DNA from: Alphaproteobacteria bacterium
GTDB lineage: Bacteria > Pseudomonadota > Alphaproteobacteria > Micropepsales > Micropepsaceae
DNA length: 60,373 bases
NCBI GenBank assembly: GCA_947445215.1
Contig: CANFDA010000001.1
Coordinates: forward strand, 1-60,373
Direction: 5' to 3'
Part shown: positions 9,876 to 20,337 of the stretch, in pieces
Numbering within the stretch: the stretch's first letter is position 1
Layout of the letters: the number at the start of each line of letters is the position of its first letter
Position numbers and translations under genes: made by a program
The notes under the pieces: model-generated
Databases searched by the model: none
Told to the model about the DNA's origin: nothing
What the model saw: the letters and a program-made list of their open reading frames with translations, nothing else

Positions 9876-10019
9876 GAGCCCCGCAGCGGAGCCGTGGGGC
9901 GACGTGCAGCATCTGCTGGCCCCCTTTCCCCCTTTGCGCGCATAAGCGCGCCCAAAATGGGGAAGATGTCGCAACGAGGTGCCGGCACTTCGCCGACCCT
10001 AGTTGCGACGGATGGGGGT
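9876..10019 (+). repeat. Family A repeat, full-length (~144 bp)
   Basis: Three hairpin modules plus a GGATGGGGG end. Confidence 0.85.
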
Positions 10020-10082
10020 CATAAAATTATGAGATTGCCAGATCTTCGGCCGTCAGGGGAAAGGATGCGCCGGGCGGCGGGT

Positions 10083-10767
10083 TCAGTTCCGCCGCGCCTG
10101 CCGAGACCGGCACCAGGCCGCAGACGCTCCGGGCCGCATCGGCGCGATGGACGCGGTCTTGGGCAAGGGGTTCTGCCCCAGCACTTCCGCGATCAGGGCA
10201 TCGACGTCTGTTGCTGGTGCGCCCTCCGGCGCGTTTCCGTCTTCAATGGGTTGGCGGTGCGCTGCGCGGGCGCGCTGGTGCTGCCGAAGCCTATAAAGCC
10301 CTTAACCGGGAAAACTTTCGCGCCCCAGCCTCCAGTCTGGATGTTGTAAACGCGCACCTGGCTCCAGTCATTGGCAGGGCTGACATCCATCACCGGATTG
10401 TTGACGTAGATCGAGCCGCCATTGAGCCAGTTGGCGTGATCGATGCGAATTTCGCACGGGCTGACCATGCGCTTGACCACCGCGCCGATGGCGCGGGCCT
10501 GGCCGCGCTCATATTTGCCCGAGGCCTGGTCCCACCAGGTGTTGGCATCGCCGAAAATCTTGATGGCGTAATGTTCGCGAGCATAGGGCGCGCATTGGTT
10601 CGGCTTCTGGCCAACGACGCTGTGGACGCGGCTGCTACCGGTCATCTTAGGCAGGACGGCGGTTGGTCGTAAGCCATGTCCTGATAGGAAGAACTGGCGC
10701 AGCCCGTAAGGCCCAGCCCCGGCACAACCACACATACAATCCGGTAACCCCGCATGACGAACGCCAT
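10083..10767 (-). pseudogene. CHAP-domain lipoprotein (peptidoglycan amidase), disrupted
   Basis: Lipobox LTGC lies in a different frame from QCAPYAR..GDANTWW..HANW..DVSPANDWSQVRV; the GHVAVV segment is missing; probable further frameshift near 10220. Confidence 0.75.
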
Positions 10768-10918
10768 CCCAATTTCCAAGGATGACCTTACAAACAGTGG
10801 ACCAAGGCACAGTTGGACGAAAAGTACAGATTTTATTGATTCAAACACGATTCAAATTTGAATCAATGGCCGCGGAAACGGCAATGGCTAAAGCGCATTA
10901 AGGATGGGTTTCGCGGCG

Positions 10919-12370
10919 CTACTCAGCCCGCGTCGAGATCGAGCAGCGCACGGGGCGCGGCGCCAGCGCATTGGTGGCGCCCATGGCGCCAATGGAGACG
11001 AGTCCCGAAACGGCAAAGACAAAAAACAGCGCCGCCCAGTTGCTTTCGGACACCGCCAGCATCGCCACGAAAATGCCCACCACAAGTTCCGGCATGCCGC
11101 GCCAGCCGTCCGACTGCACTTCGCCCGCCCGGATGGTGCGGATGAAATCCATACGGGTGGAGAAGAAGGCTTCCAGCGTGGCGCGGGTGTTGGCCAGGAT
11201 CAGGCCGGAGGGGAACACCACCGCCAGAATCAAGGTGCGATAGAGCTTCTCGGCCCGCTCGCGGCCCAGCATGCGCTGGCCCAGCCAGAGATAGCCGATG
11301 GAACAGGATAGGCCGAGGAAGGTGACGATCAGGCCCAGCGCGGCGACAGCCGGATAGGGCGGCAGGCCGACCGACAGCATGAAAAGCGAGATCGCGGCGC
11401 TGGTGAAGGCCAAGGTGTAGAAGGCGAACTGGCACATCTGTGCCGTCATCGCGACTTTGAAGGTCAGCGACAGCTTGCTGGCCCAGATTTGCGGCACCAG
11501 CTTGCAGGCGCATTGTGCATGGCCTTTTGTCCAACGGGCTTGCTGCGATCTCCATGCAGCAGCGTTGGGCGGCAATTCGCCCGGCACTTCGATGTCGTGC
11601 AACAAGGCACTGCGCCAGCCTTGCAGCACGCAGCGCATGGACAGATCGAGATCCTCGGTCAGCGTGTCGCCGGTCCAGCCACCGGATTGTTCGATGGCCT
11701 GGCGGTTCCACACGCCCGCGGTGCCGTTGAACGACATGGGCAGCGCGGCGCGGAAGCGCGCTTCCTGTTCCACCGCGAAATGCGAATCCAGCAGCACGCC
11801 CTGCACCCGCGTCAGCCAGTTGGCGTTGCGGTTGTTGTGTCCCCAGCGCGCCTGCACGAAGCAGAGGCCGCTATCGGCCAGCAGCGCCGGGACGGTGCGG
11901 CGCAGGAAATCGATGGCGGGCACGAAGTCGGCGTCGAAGATGGCGATGAAGGGCGCATCGCAATGGGAAAGACCGAAGGCGAGGTTGCCCGCCTTGAAAC
12001 CCTTGCGGTCGCCGCGGCGAAGCAATTGCAGGTTCACGCCCTGCGGAACGATCTGCGGCAGGCGCGCCGCCAGCACGGCATGGTTTTCTTCCGTGCCGTC
12101 ATCGAGCAATTGAATGGTGAGGCGGCCCTGCGGCCAGTCCAGGGCGCTGGCGGCGGCGGCGACGCGCAGCGCCAGATCGCCTTCATTGCAGACGGGAAGC
12201 TGCACCAGCACATGCGGCAGGTCGGAATCGTTCATATGCGCCATCGCCAGCTTGGGCGCGGGCCGGGTCAGGCGCACCCAGGCGAGCATGATGAGCTGGA
12301 CGGAAAGGAAGCTGACGGCGATCAGGATAAGGGCCAGGACTAAGGACAGGACGTAACCGAGCGTAATCAA
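10919..12370 (-). CDS. Processive GT2 glycosyltransferase (cellulose-synthase-like)
   Basis: KAGNL, DADF, VQARW, FNGTAG, TEDLDLS, QQARW (QxxRW); C-terminal TMs. Confidence 0.9.
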   Translation of the reverse strand: MITLGYVLSLVLALILIAVSFLSVQLIMLAWVRLTRPAPKLAMAHMNDSDLPHVLVQLPVCNEGDLALRVAAAASALDWPQGRLTIQLLDDGTEENHAVLAARLPQIVPQGVNLQLLRRGDRKGFKAGNLAFGLSHCDAPFIAIFDADFVPAIDFLRRTVPALLADSGLCFVQARWGHNNRNANWLTRVQGVLLDSHFAVEQEARFRAALPMSFNGTAGVWNRQAIEQSGGWTGDTLTEDLDLSMRCVLQGWRSALLHDIEVPGELPPNAAAWRSQQARWTKGHAQCACKLVPQIWASKLSLTFKVAMTAQMCQFAFYTLAFTSAAISLFMLSVGLPPYPAVAALGLIVTFLGLSCSIGYLWLGQRMLGRERAEKLYRTLILAVVFPSGLILANTRATLEAFFSTRMDFIRTIRAGEVQSDGWRGMPELVVGIFVAMLAVSESNWAALFFVFAVSGLVSIGAMGATNALAPRPVRCSISTRAE

Positions 12371-12626
12371 TCGTCCCCCTCACCGGCCCGTATGTTGCCT
12401 GAAACCGGACCTAAAGCCTTGTATCAGGACCGGTATTTGGGGTCCACGGCGGGAACCCAAGCCCGGCGTCCCGGAAAGGGGCGAACTTGCTGCGGCGCGA
12501 GAGGATTGGCAAGGGGGCAGATGCCCGATCTGGCGTGCCATACCGTCCGAACATAGAGTGAATGGGCGGGGAACTGGTCTGGCCGGGATTTCGTATCTAG
12601 GGCGGGGAAAAAAGAGGATTAACGTC

Positions 12627-13178
12627 ATGATTGTGTCCCACCTGAAAAAAGCCGCGCTCTGCGCCGGGTTGGCCATCGTCCTGGCTGGCTGTGCCCAGCC
12701 CACCCCCTATGTTCCGCGCCAGCAGGGCCAATCCACCGGCTATACCGACCGCGAGCTGGCCCCCGGCCGCTGGCGCGTCACCTTCACTGGCAATTCCGTC
12801 ACCCCGCGCGAGCAGGTCGAGGACTTCCTGCTGCTGCGCGCCGCCGAGGTGACCCTGGCCAATGGTGGCACCCACTTCATCTTCAACAACCGCGATACCC
12901 GCGCCCAGACCCGGATCTTTGCTGATCCGCTGGGGCCCCGCGGCTTCGGCTATGGTGGTTATGGCGGCGGCTTCTGGGGCGGTTATTGGGGCTTTCGTCC
13001 GCGCTGGGGCTATGACCCGTTCGGGCCGCCCATGATGATTTCGAGCACCACGCGCTACCAGGCCTTTGCCGAGATCGTGATCCTCAAGCCGGGACAGGAA
13101 GCGCAGGAAGCCCGCGCCGTGGATGCGCGCGCCGTGGCGGCTAATCTGCGGCCCCCACCGCCGCCTCCGCCCGTCTAA
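12627..13178 (+). CDS. Lipoprotein (CC0125/CC1285-like)
   Basis: Lipobox LAGC; GYTDREL..RWRVTFTGN..T..LLRAAEVTL. Confidence 0.8.
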   Translation: MIVSHLKKAALCAGLAIVLAGCAQPTPYVPRQQGQSTGYTDRELAPGRWRVTFTGNSVTPREQVEDFLLLRAAEVTLANGGTHFIFNNRDTRAQTRIFADPLGPRGFGYGGYGGGFWGGYWGFRPRWGYDPFGPPMMISSTTRYQAFAEIVILKPGQEAQEARAVDARAVAANLRPPPPPPPV

Positions 13179-13398
13179 GGCGAAACACGGTGTGACCGCT
13201 TGCGGCGGTGACGTCTTCCACGGCGTGACCTTCGCGAAAGCACATGTGGGGAATGTCCACCACCGCCAGCGGATCATCCGCCAGCACGATGAGAAGCGCG
13301 CCGGGCATGGCCTTGGCCAGCGCCTTCGATGCCAGCAGCGCGGGCAGCGGGCATTTCAACCTGCGCAGGTCAAGCGGTTCCTCTTCCATCTGCGCCAT
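13141..13398 (-). CDS. TusA/SirA-family sulfurtransferase
   Basis: LDLRRLKCPLP..ADDP..DIP. Confidence 0.85.
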   Translation of the reverse strand: MAQMEEEPLDLRRLKCPLPALLASKALAKAMPGALLIVLADDPLAVVDIPHMCFREGHAVEDVTAASGHTVFRLRRAEAAVGAAD

Positions 13399-13498
13399 CT
13401 TGCGTCATGCGGCGACGCGGCTCAATCTCGCCTGAGGGAACGATAAGCAGGTCACAAGAACCGCCTGCATCTGGGAATCTGATGGGCCAGAAAAACTA

Positions 13499-15289
13499 AT
13501 GGGACTGGTCGCCGCCATCCGGCGCGAATACATCTATGTCTCCAGTATCCTGCGCACGCTGTGGCTGCTGCGACTGGTCAAGCCGCAATCCACCCGCACC
13601 ATCGCCGACATCGTGGCGGCCCAAGCCAGGAAAACACCTGACGCCCCGGCCATCATCCATTCCGATGGCGCGTGGAGCTATGCTGTGCTGGATGCGCGCG
13701 CCAACGCCTATGCCCATTGGGCCATGCGGCAGGGAGTTCGCCATGGCGATGCCGTGGCGCTGCTGATGGAAAACCGGCCTGACTTCATCGCTGCGTGGCT
13801 CGGTATGTTCAAGGCCGGGGCATCGGTGGCGCTGATCAACACCAACCTGACGGGGCAGGCGCTGGCCCATTCCATCGCCATCGCCAGGCCAAAGCACGCC
13901 ATTGTCGGTGACGAGATGCGCGCGGTTTTTGAAAGTGCGGTGCCGTATCTGGAATCTGTGCCACGCCTGTGGCTGCAAGGTGCGACCGAACAGGAGCAGG
14001 GCGATCTCGACAGCGCGCTGGCGGCGATGCCCAGCAGCGATCCGGGGCCGCAGCTACGCGGTGGCCTGATCCTGAAAGATCGCGCCTTCTTCATTTATAC
14101 CTCCGGCACCACCGGCCTGCCCAAGGCGGCGAATTTCAGCCATATGCGCATGCTGTTCATGATGACGGGCTTTGTCGGGGCGCTGCGGCCCACGGCGCAT
14201 GACCGCATCTATGATCCCCTACCGCTCTATCACTCCACCGGCGGCGTATGTGCCGTGGGGCTAGCCTTTCTTTCGGGCGGTGCGCTGATCATCAAGCGGA
14301 AGTTTTCGGTGCACGAATTCTGGGATGACGTGCATCGCAACAAGGCCACCATGTTCCAGTATGTCGGCGAACTGTGCCGCTATCTGCTGAATGCGCCGCC
14401 ATCCTCACTGGACCGGGGCCATGCCATCCGCGCTATCACCGGTAATGGGCTCGCGGCTGCGATATGGCCCGAGTTCCAGGCCCGGTTCGGCATTGCGCGC
14501 ATCGTCGAATTCTATGGCGCGACCGAGAGCAATGTCTCGATGCTGAACTATGACGGCACCGTGGGCGCGGTCGGCCGAGTGCCGAAATATTCTGAAAAGC
14601 TGCTGCCCGCCCGCGTCATCCGCTTCGATGTCGAGACCGAGATGCCGGTGCGGGATGCAGATGGCCTTTGCATCGAATGTGGCCTGTCCAAGGTGGGCGA
14701 GGCCATCGGCGGCATGTCGCGCCGCGCCGGCCGCGAGTTCGAGGGCTATACCAACCGAGCTGACAGCGAAAAGAAGATGCTGCGCGATGTGTTTAAAAAA
14801 GGCGATGTCTGGTTCCGCACCGGCGATTTGATGCGCCGCGACGAATATGGCTATTTCTATTTCGTGGACCGCATCGGCGACACCTTCCGCTGGAAGGGCG
14901 AGAATGTCGCCACCAGCGAGGTCAGCGCCGTGCTGGGCCGCCAACGCGGCATCCGCGAGGCATCCGTCTATGGCGTGGTGGTTCCGGGCGCCGATGGCCG
15001 CGCGGGCATGGCGTCTCTGGTGGTGGATGCAGGTTTCGCCATCGCTACGCTGGCCGACGCCCTAAAATCGCGCCTGCCATCCTATGCGCGGCCCATCTTC
15101 CTGCGCCTGTCGCCCCGCATCGAGGTCACCGGCACATTTAAGCAGCGCAAGCTGGACCTGGTGCGCGAAGGATTTGATCCGTCAGGAATCGCCGACCCGG
15201 TTTTCTGGCTCAATCCCGATACCGGTGTGTATGAACGCCTGACGCCGGAGCGCCATGCGGATATCGTCAAGGGGCGGGTAAAGCTTTGA
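13499..15289 (+). CDS. Long-chain acyl-CoA synthetase (FATP-like)
   Basis: IYTSGTTGLPKAA, QYVGELCRYL, EFYGATE, FRTGDL, DRIGDTFRWKGENV. Confidence 0.93.
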   Translation: MGLVAAIRREYIYVSSILRTLWLLRLVKPQSTRTIADIVAAQARKTPDAPAIIHSDGAWSYAVLDARANAYAHWAMRQGVRHGDAVALLMENRPDFIAAWLGMFKAGASVALINTNLTGQALAHSIAIARPKHAIVGDEMRAVFESAVPYLESVPRLWLQGATEQEQGDLDSALAAMPSSDPGPQLRGGLILKDRAFFIYTSGTTGLPKAANFSHMRMLFMMTGFVGALRPTAHDRIYDPLPLYHSTGGVCAVGLAFLSGGALIIKRKFSVHEFWDDVHRNKATMFQYVGELCRYLLNAPPSSLDRGHAIRAITGNGLAAAIWPEFQARFGIARIVEFYGATESNVSMLNYDGTVGAVGRVPKYSEKLLPARVIRFDVETEMPVRDADGLCIECGLSKVGEAIGGMSRRAGREFEGYTNRADSEKKMLRDVFKKGDVWFRTGDLMRRDEYGYFYFVDRIGDTFRWKGENVATSEVSAVLGRQRGIREASVYGVVVPGADGRAGMASLVVDAGFAIATLADALKSRLPSYARPIFLRLSPRIEVTGTFKQRKLDLVREGFDPSGIADPVFWLNPDTGVYERLTPERHADIVKGRVKL

Positions 15290-15295
15290 TTTTTT

Positions 15296-15377
15296 TGTCA
15301 TTCCCACGCATGCGGGAATCAAACTTCGATCATTCACAAAGCCAAAATTTGGATGCCCGCTTTCGCGGGTATGACAG
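15296..15377. repeat. Palindromic repeat family B
   Basis: TGTCATTCCCACGCATGCGGGAATC...TGGATGCCCGCTTTCGCGGGTATGACA; between convergent genes; second copy at 49443. Confidence 0.85.
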
Positions 15378-15384
15378 GATTGGC

Positions 15385-15972
15385 TCAGGAAAAATCTACT
15401 GCTAGCGCGGTCTTGGTGTCGTCGCTCAACACTGCCATGTGGCCGTAATTGCGATGCGACAGGCCGATCACCACTTTCTCGGTCTTGAAACGCGCAACCT
15501 GTTGCTTGGTCAGCGCAAAGCGCAGCCAGTGCACCGATGAGGTCTTGCCATCGACGGTTGTGCGGTCGTCATACTCGGTGGGCGTCGCCTTGATCGTTTC
15601 GCCGCCGATTTCGAGTAACACCGTCTCTTCGATGCCGCCTAGGGTCAGCAGCGCGCTGGTGCGGCGCGTGCCATCTGCGATCTCCAGCATCATGGTGGCG
15701 ATCAGCTCTGACCCTTGCGGGATCAGCGGATTGTAGGCGGCCAGTTCCCCGGGAACCTGTTCGTCGCCGCCCTTTTCAATGCGCAGCATCTCCATCACCT
15801 GCAGCCACATGGTGGCGTAATTTTCGAAGTAGAAAGTGGCGAAGGGTCCGACCTCGACCCGGCGCAGCTTCTTCATCGGGATCAGGTTCGCCTTCAGCGT
15901 CTTGCGCTGCTGCTCATATTCCTTCAGCGGCAGCAAATCAGCGGCGGTGATGGTGCGGGCAGTTTCGGGCAT
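15385..15972 (-). CDS. DUF3501 family protein
   Basis: KKLRRVEVGP..FEN..QVMEMLRIE..YNPLIP..SSVHWLRF; typical partner of rubrerythrin. Confidence 0.88.
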   Translation of the reverse strand: MPETARTITAADLLPLKEYEQQRKTLKANLIPMKKLRRVEVGPFATFYFENYATMWLQVMEMLRIEKGGDEQVPGELAAYNPLIPQGSELIATMMLEIADGTRRTSALLTLGGIEETVLLEIGGETIKATPTEYDDRTTVDGKTSSVHWLRFALTKQQVARFKTEKVVIGLSHRNYGHMAVLSDDTKTALAVDFS

Positions 15973-17301
15973 CTATTTCTCCGTCAGCCCAAAGGCGCGC
16001 GCCATGATCTGCACCGGATGTTCCGGCTCCGTCACGCCGGTATCGGTGTTGGCAACAATGTGCTGCGCCGCCAGCGGGCAGTCCGAAACGATATGGCCGC
16101 GCTTCTGGGAGTTCGCCGCACGGAAAACGGGTCGTCCCACCTTCACCGCCAGATCATGCGTCGGCTTCACCACGCCAAAGGTGCCGCCATGACCGCTGCA
16201 ACGCTCGATCACGTCCACGGGCGTATCGGGAATCAGCTTCAGCATCTGCGCCGCCTTGGGGCCCATATTCTGGGCGCGGGCATGGCAGGCCAGATGCACG
16301 GTCACGCCTTCGGGCAGGGGCGTCATCGGCATGGTGCCGTTCTTCTTCATCACGTCCACGACATATTCATCAATGTCATAGGTGTGCCTGGCCAGTTTCT
16401 GCACATCCTCATTGTCGGGACAGACCAGCGCCCATTCAAACTTCAGCATCAGCCCGCACGAGGCGGTCAGCGCCACGATGTCGAAGCCCTGGTCAATCAG
16501 CGCCATCAGCTCCTTCGCCACTTTCGTGGCGCTGTCGGCAACCTTTTCCAGCTTGGCCTGTTCCAAAAACGGCATGCCGCAGCAGCCGGGATAGGTGACG
16601 GTGGTTTCCACGCCCAGATGGTTCAGCACGTCGCGCGCCGCCATGCCGGTGACCGGCTTGTTGTAGTTGACGAAGCAGGTGGCATAGAGCGCCGCCTTGC
16701 GCTTGCCGAAGGCGGGGCCAGCCACGTTGGGCTGGTTCGGTTCCTGTTTGTCGGCCAGCACGAAGGTGCGCCCGGCGAATTTCGGTAGCGTGGCCTTGGC
16801 ATCAATGCCCACGGTTTTGTCCAGCACCGTGCGCATCGGCTTGTTCTGCCCGGCCCAGTTGATCACCGGGGCGGTGGCGCGCGACAGGGCGCCGTTGCGA
16901 TCCATCTGCGCCAGCTGGTTTTGCGTGAAATCGCTGTGCCCGTTCTTGGCTTCGACAAAGCGGTGGCGCAGCATCAGATGCGGGAAGTCCAGCATGAAGG
17001 GATGCGGCGGCACATAGGGGCACTTGGTCATGAAGCACATGTCGCAAAGCGTGCAGGCTTCGACGACCGGCTTGAAATCCTCGGATGCCAGGCTTTCGAC
17101 ATCCTCGTTCGCGCCGCCGTCGATCAAATCGAACAGGCGCGGGAAGCTGTCGCACAGGTTGAAGCAGCGGCGGCAGCCATGGCAGATGTCGAAGACGCGG
17201 CGCATCTCCTCGTCCAGCTTCACCGGATCGGCGAAGTCGGGATTTTTCCAGTCAATGGCCTGGCGGGTGGGGGCCTGAAGACTGCCTTCGCCACTGCTCA
17301 T
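15973..17301 (-). CDS. Rubrerythrin-associated Fe-S oxidoreductase (GlpC/HdrD-like)
   Basis: [36 protein letters not shown]. Confidence 0.9.
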   Translation of the reverse strand: MSSGEGSLQAPTRQAIDWKNPDFADPVKLDEEMRRVFDICHGCRRCFNLCDSFPRLFDLIDGGANEDVESLASEDFKPVVEACTLCDMCFMTKCPYVPPHPFMLDFPHLMLRHRFVEAKNGHSDFTQNQLAQMDRNGALSRATAPVINWAGQNKPMRTVLDKTVGIDAKATLPKFAGRTFVLADKQEPNQPNVAGPAFGKRKAALYATCFVNYNKPVTGMAARDVLNHLGVETTVTYPGCCGMPFLEQAKLEKVADSATKVAKELMALIDQGFDIVALTASCGLMLKFEWALVCPDNEDVQKLARHTYDIDEYVVDVMKKNGTMPMTPLPEGVTVHLACHARAQNMGPKAAQMLKLIPDTPVDVIERCSGHGGTFGVVKPTHDLAVKVGRPVFRAANSQKRGHIVSDCPLAAQHIVANTDTGVTEPEHPVQIMARAFGLTEK

Positions 17302-17376
17302 GCTGCGTCCTTGGAAAGCAAACGGCCGCGCGAAGCATTCCGGTTTCGCACGGCCGTGTCGTCTTGAAGCGCGATG

Positions 17377-17799
17377 TTACGAACCCAGGCTATCGAGAGC
17401 CTTCTGGAAACGGCCCGCATGGCTCTTCTCGGCCTTGGCCAGGGTCTCAAACCAGTCGGCGATTTCGTCAAAGCCTTCGTCGCGCGCGGTCTTGGCCATG
17501 CCCGGATACATGTCGGTGTACTCGTGGGTCTCGCCCGCGATGGACGCCTTGAGGTTGGCGTCGGTGGCGCCGATCGGCTCGCCCGTGGCCGGGTCGCCCA
17601 CTTCTTCCAGATATTCCAGGTGGCCATGGGCATGGCCGGTTTCGCCCTCGGCGGTAGAGCGGAAAACGGCGGCGACATCGTTATGGCCTTCGACGTCGGC
17701 CTTCTGTGCGAAATAGAGGTAACGGCGGTTCGCCTGGCTCTCGCCGGCAAAGGCCTCTTTCAGGTTTTCCCAGGTCTTGGTCTTATTCAGTGCGGGCAT
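17377..17799 (-). CDS. rbr: Short rubrerythrin without rubredoxin domain
   Basis: [36 protein letters not shown]. Confidence 0.93.
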   Translation of the reverse strand: MPALNKTKTWENLKEAFAGESQANRRYLYFAQKADVEGHNDVAAVFRSTAEGETGHAHGHLEYLEEVGDPATGEPIGATDANLKASIAGETHEYTDMYPGMAKTARDEGFDEIADWFETLAKAEKSHAGRFQKALDSLGS

Positions 17800-17865
17800 G
17801 CGTGCCTCCGGCGAGTTAAATCACGGCGCAAGGTTGACCGCGCAGGCGCGCGCCTGTCAACGCAA

Positions 17866-17882
17866 ATTGGAACAATTCTAAT
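17866..17882. promoter_or_regulatory. Irr-binding ICE box upstream of the rbr operon
   Basis: ATTGGAA-CAA-TTCTAAT matches TTTRGAA-N3-TTCYAAA; next to minus-strand TTGACA at 17855-17860. Confidence 0.75.
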
Positions 17883-17908
17883 CTATGAGAATAAGTCGCA
17901 AATGCGGC

Positions 17909-18334
17909 TTAGTTGCGCTTTACCCGCACGACCACATCCACGCTGTCTATGGTCAGGCCCTGAGGTGGGTTGGGGACGCCGGAAACCGAGATTTCCTCGC
18001 CCGGGATGTCAATCAGAAGCCCTTCATTTTCCACGAAGAAATGCTGATGATCGCCCACATTTGTGTCGAAATAGGTGCGGCTGGCATCTACCACCACCTG
18101 ACGCAGCAGGCCCGCAGCCTTGAACTGGTGCAGGGTGTTGTAGACCGTGGCTAGGCTGACCTTCACGCCCATGCGGGCGCCTTCCTCGGCCAGGCTTTCG
18201 GCGGTGACGTGGCGGTCATGCTCGCGAAACAGCAGCCGGGCCAGCTCAAGGCGCTGGCGCGTGGGCCGAAGCCTCGCCGCCTTCAGGCGGGCGCCAGCAT
18301 CCATTTCCGGGGTGTCGTACGCCATGTTCGCCAT
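17909..18334 (-). CDS. irr: Iron response regulator, Fur family
   Basis: LRPTRQR, SLATVYNTLHQF, YFDTN..HQHFF; divergent from fabA. Confidence 0.88.
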   Translation of the reverse strand: MANMAYDTPEMDAGARLKAARLRPTRQRLELARLLFREHDRHVTAESLAEEGARMGVKVSLATVYNTLHQFKAAGLLRQVVVDASRTYFDTNVGDHQHFFVENEGLLIDIPGEEISVSGVPNPPQGLTIDSVDVVVRVKRN

Positions 18335-18422
18335 CGAACTGTCACACCTTCTGCGGCCTTATCCCTGCCAGAATCCCTGTTAAGGGAGCAGGCAATACTG
18401 CTAGAGTTCGAAGAGCTTACTA

Positions 18423-18439
18423 CTTAGAATCTTTCTAAG
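18423..18439. promoter_or_regulatory. ICE box between irr and fabA
   Basis: Palindrome CTTAGAA-TCT-TTCTAAG. Confidence 0.75.
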
Positions 18440-18498
18440 CAAGAAGTGATCTTTCAGGGAATTCAGGCCGGGAAACGGCCTTTGCGCAGGACAGACAC

Positions 18499-19050
18499 GT
18501 GACCAAGCCCGTACCCCAGTCCAGTTTCACCCTTGAAGAGCTTCTGGCTTGCGCCCGCGGAGGCATGTTCGGCCCAGGCAATGCGCAACTTCCGATGCCG
18601 CCAATGCTGATGTTCGACCGCATCACCCAGATTTCCGATGTTGGGGGCAGCGACGACAAGGGCGAGATCATCGCCGAGTTCGACATCAACCCCGACCTCT
18701 GGTTCTTCAAGTGCCATTTCCAGGGTGATCCGGTCATGCCGGGCTGCCTGGGGCTGGACGCGCTGTGGCAGCTGGTCGGCTTTTTCCTGGGGTGGATGGG
18801 CGGCAAGGGCAAGGGCCGCGCGCTGGGCGTGGGCGAAGTAAAATTCACCGGCATGGTGCTCCCCACCGCCAAGAAGATCACCTATGTCATCAACCTGAAG
18901 CGCGTCATCATGCGCAAGCTGATCATCGGCGTGGCCGACGGCATCATGAAGGTCGATGGCAAGGTCATCTATGAAGCCAAGGACCTCAAGGTGGGCCTGT
19001 TCATCGAGGAAGCCGCGGCCGCGCTTTCGCCCAAGACCGCCACGGCTTGA
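18499..19050 (+). CDS. fabA: 3-hydroxydecanoyl-ACP dehydratase/isomerase
   Basis: [30 protein letters not shown]. Confidence 0.96.
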   Translation: MTKPVPQSSFTLEELLACARGGMFGPGNAQLPMPPMLMFDRITQISDVGGSDDKGEIIAEFDINPDLWFFKCHFQGDPVMPGCLGLDALWQLVGFFLGWMGGKGKGRALGVGEVKFTGMVLPTAKKITYVINLKRVIMRKLIIGVADGIMKVDGKVIYEAKDLKVGLFIEEAAAALSPKTATA

Positions 19051-19106
19051 CGCGCCCCCATCCGCGCCATATCGCCTGACGGCAATCTGAAGGATCCGCA
19101 CACGTC

Positions 19107-20327
19107 ATGAGACGCGTGGTTGTAACCGGCATCGGCATTGTCTCCTCCATCGGCAACAATGCCCAGGAGGTGGTCGCCAGCCTGCACGATGCCCGCTCCG
19201 GCATCGTCGCGGCGGAGGATTACATTCGCCTGGGCTTTCGAAGCCAGATTCATGGCTCGCTCAAGATCAATCTCGACGAGGTGGTGGACCGCCGCGCCCG
19301 CCGCTTCCAGGGCGACGGCGCCGGCTATTGCTGGGTGGCGATGACCCAGGCCATCGCCGATAGCGGGCTGGAGGAAAGCGACGTTTCCAATCCGCGCACC
19401 GGGCTGATCGTCGGGTCGGGCGGCCCGTCAACCAAGGCCATCGTGCAGGCCGCCGATGTGACGCGCCAGAACAACAGCCCCAAGCGCATTGGGCCCTTCG
19501 CGGTGCCCAAGGCAATGTCGTCCACCGTCAGCGCCAATCTTTCGACCTGGTTCAAGACTAAGGGCTACAATTATTCCATCTCGTCGGCCTGCTCGACCTC
19601 GGCCAACTGCATCGGCAACGCCTTCGAGCTGATCCAGTGGGGCAAGCAGGACATCATGTTCGCCGGTGGCGGCGAGGAACTGGATTGGACGCTGTCCGAA
19701 CTGTTCGACGCCATGGGCGCGATGTCATCCAAGTACAACGCCTCGCCCGAAAACGCCTCGCGCGCCTATGACAAGGACCGTGACGGCTTCGTGATTTCCG
19801 GCGGCGGCGGCATCCTGGTTCTGGAAGAACTCGAACATGCCAAGGCGCGCGGCGCGAAAATCTACGCCGAGCTGACGGGCTATGGCGCTAGCGCCGATGG
19901 CGCCGACATGGTCGCCCCCTCGGGCGAAGGCGCGGTGCGCTGCATGAAGCTGGCGCTGGAAAATGTGAAGGCGCCAGTGGACTATATCAACCCGCACGCC
20001 ACTTCGACGCCGGTGGGCGACATTCCCGAGATCAACGCCATCCGCGAAATCTTTGGGGAGAAGATGCCGCCGATCAGCGCCACCAAGTCGCTCACCGGCC
20101 ACAGCCAGGGCGCAGCGGGCGTGCATGAAGCGATCTACACCCTGCTGATGATGCAATCCTGCTTCATCTGCGAAAGCGCCAACATCATGGAGATCGACCC
20201 CGTCCTGGCTGACGCCAACATCGTGCGCAAGCGGATCGACAACGCGGCGATCAACACGGCTTTGTCCAACAGCTTCGGATTTGGCGGCACCAACGCCTCG
20301 CTGGTCTTCCAGCGCTATACCTTTTAG
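19107..20327 (+). CDS. fabB: Beta-ketoacyl-ACP synthase I
   Basis: [36 protein letters not shown]. Confidence 0.96.
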   Translation: MRRVVVTGIGIVSSIGNNAQEVVASLHDARSGIVAAEDYIRLGFRSQIHGSLKINLDEVVDRRARRFQGDGAGYCWVAMTQAIADSGLEESDVSNPRTGLIVGSGGPSTKAIVQAADVTRQNNSPKRIGPFAVPKAMSSTVSANLSTWFKTKGYNYSISSACSTSANCIGNAFELIQWGKQDIMFAGGGEELDWTLSELFDAMGAMSSKYNASPENASRAYDKDRDGFVISGGGGILVLEELEHAKARGAKIYAELTGYGASADGADMVAPSGEGAVRCMKLALENVKAPVDYINPHATSTPVGDIPEINAIREIFGEKMPPISATKSLTGHSQGAAGVHEAIYTLLMMQSCFICESANIMEIDPVLADANIVRKRIDNAAINTALSNSFGFGGTNASLVFQRYTF

Positions 20328-20337
20328 GCGTATCAAT

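Noticed and set aside
15296-15377. Family B repeat as a novel element
   Set aside because: Matches the widespread GTCATTCCCGC..GCGGGAATC intergenic palindrome type; reported as a feature only.
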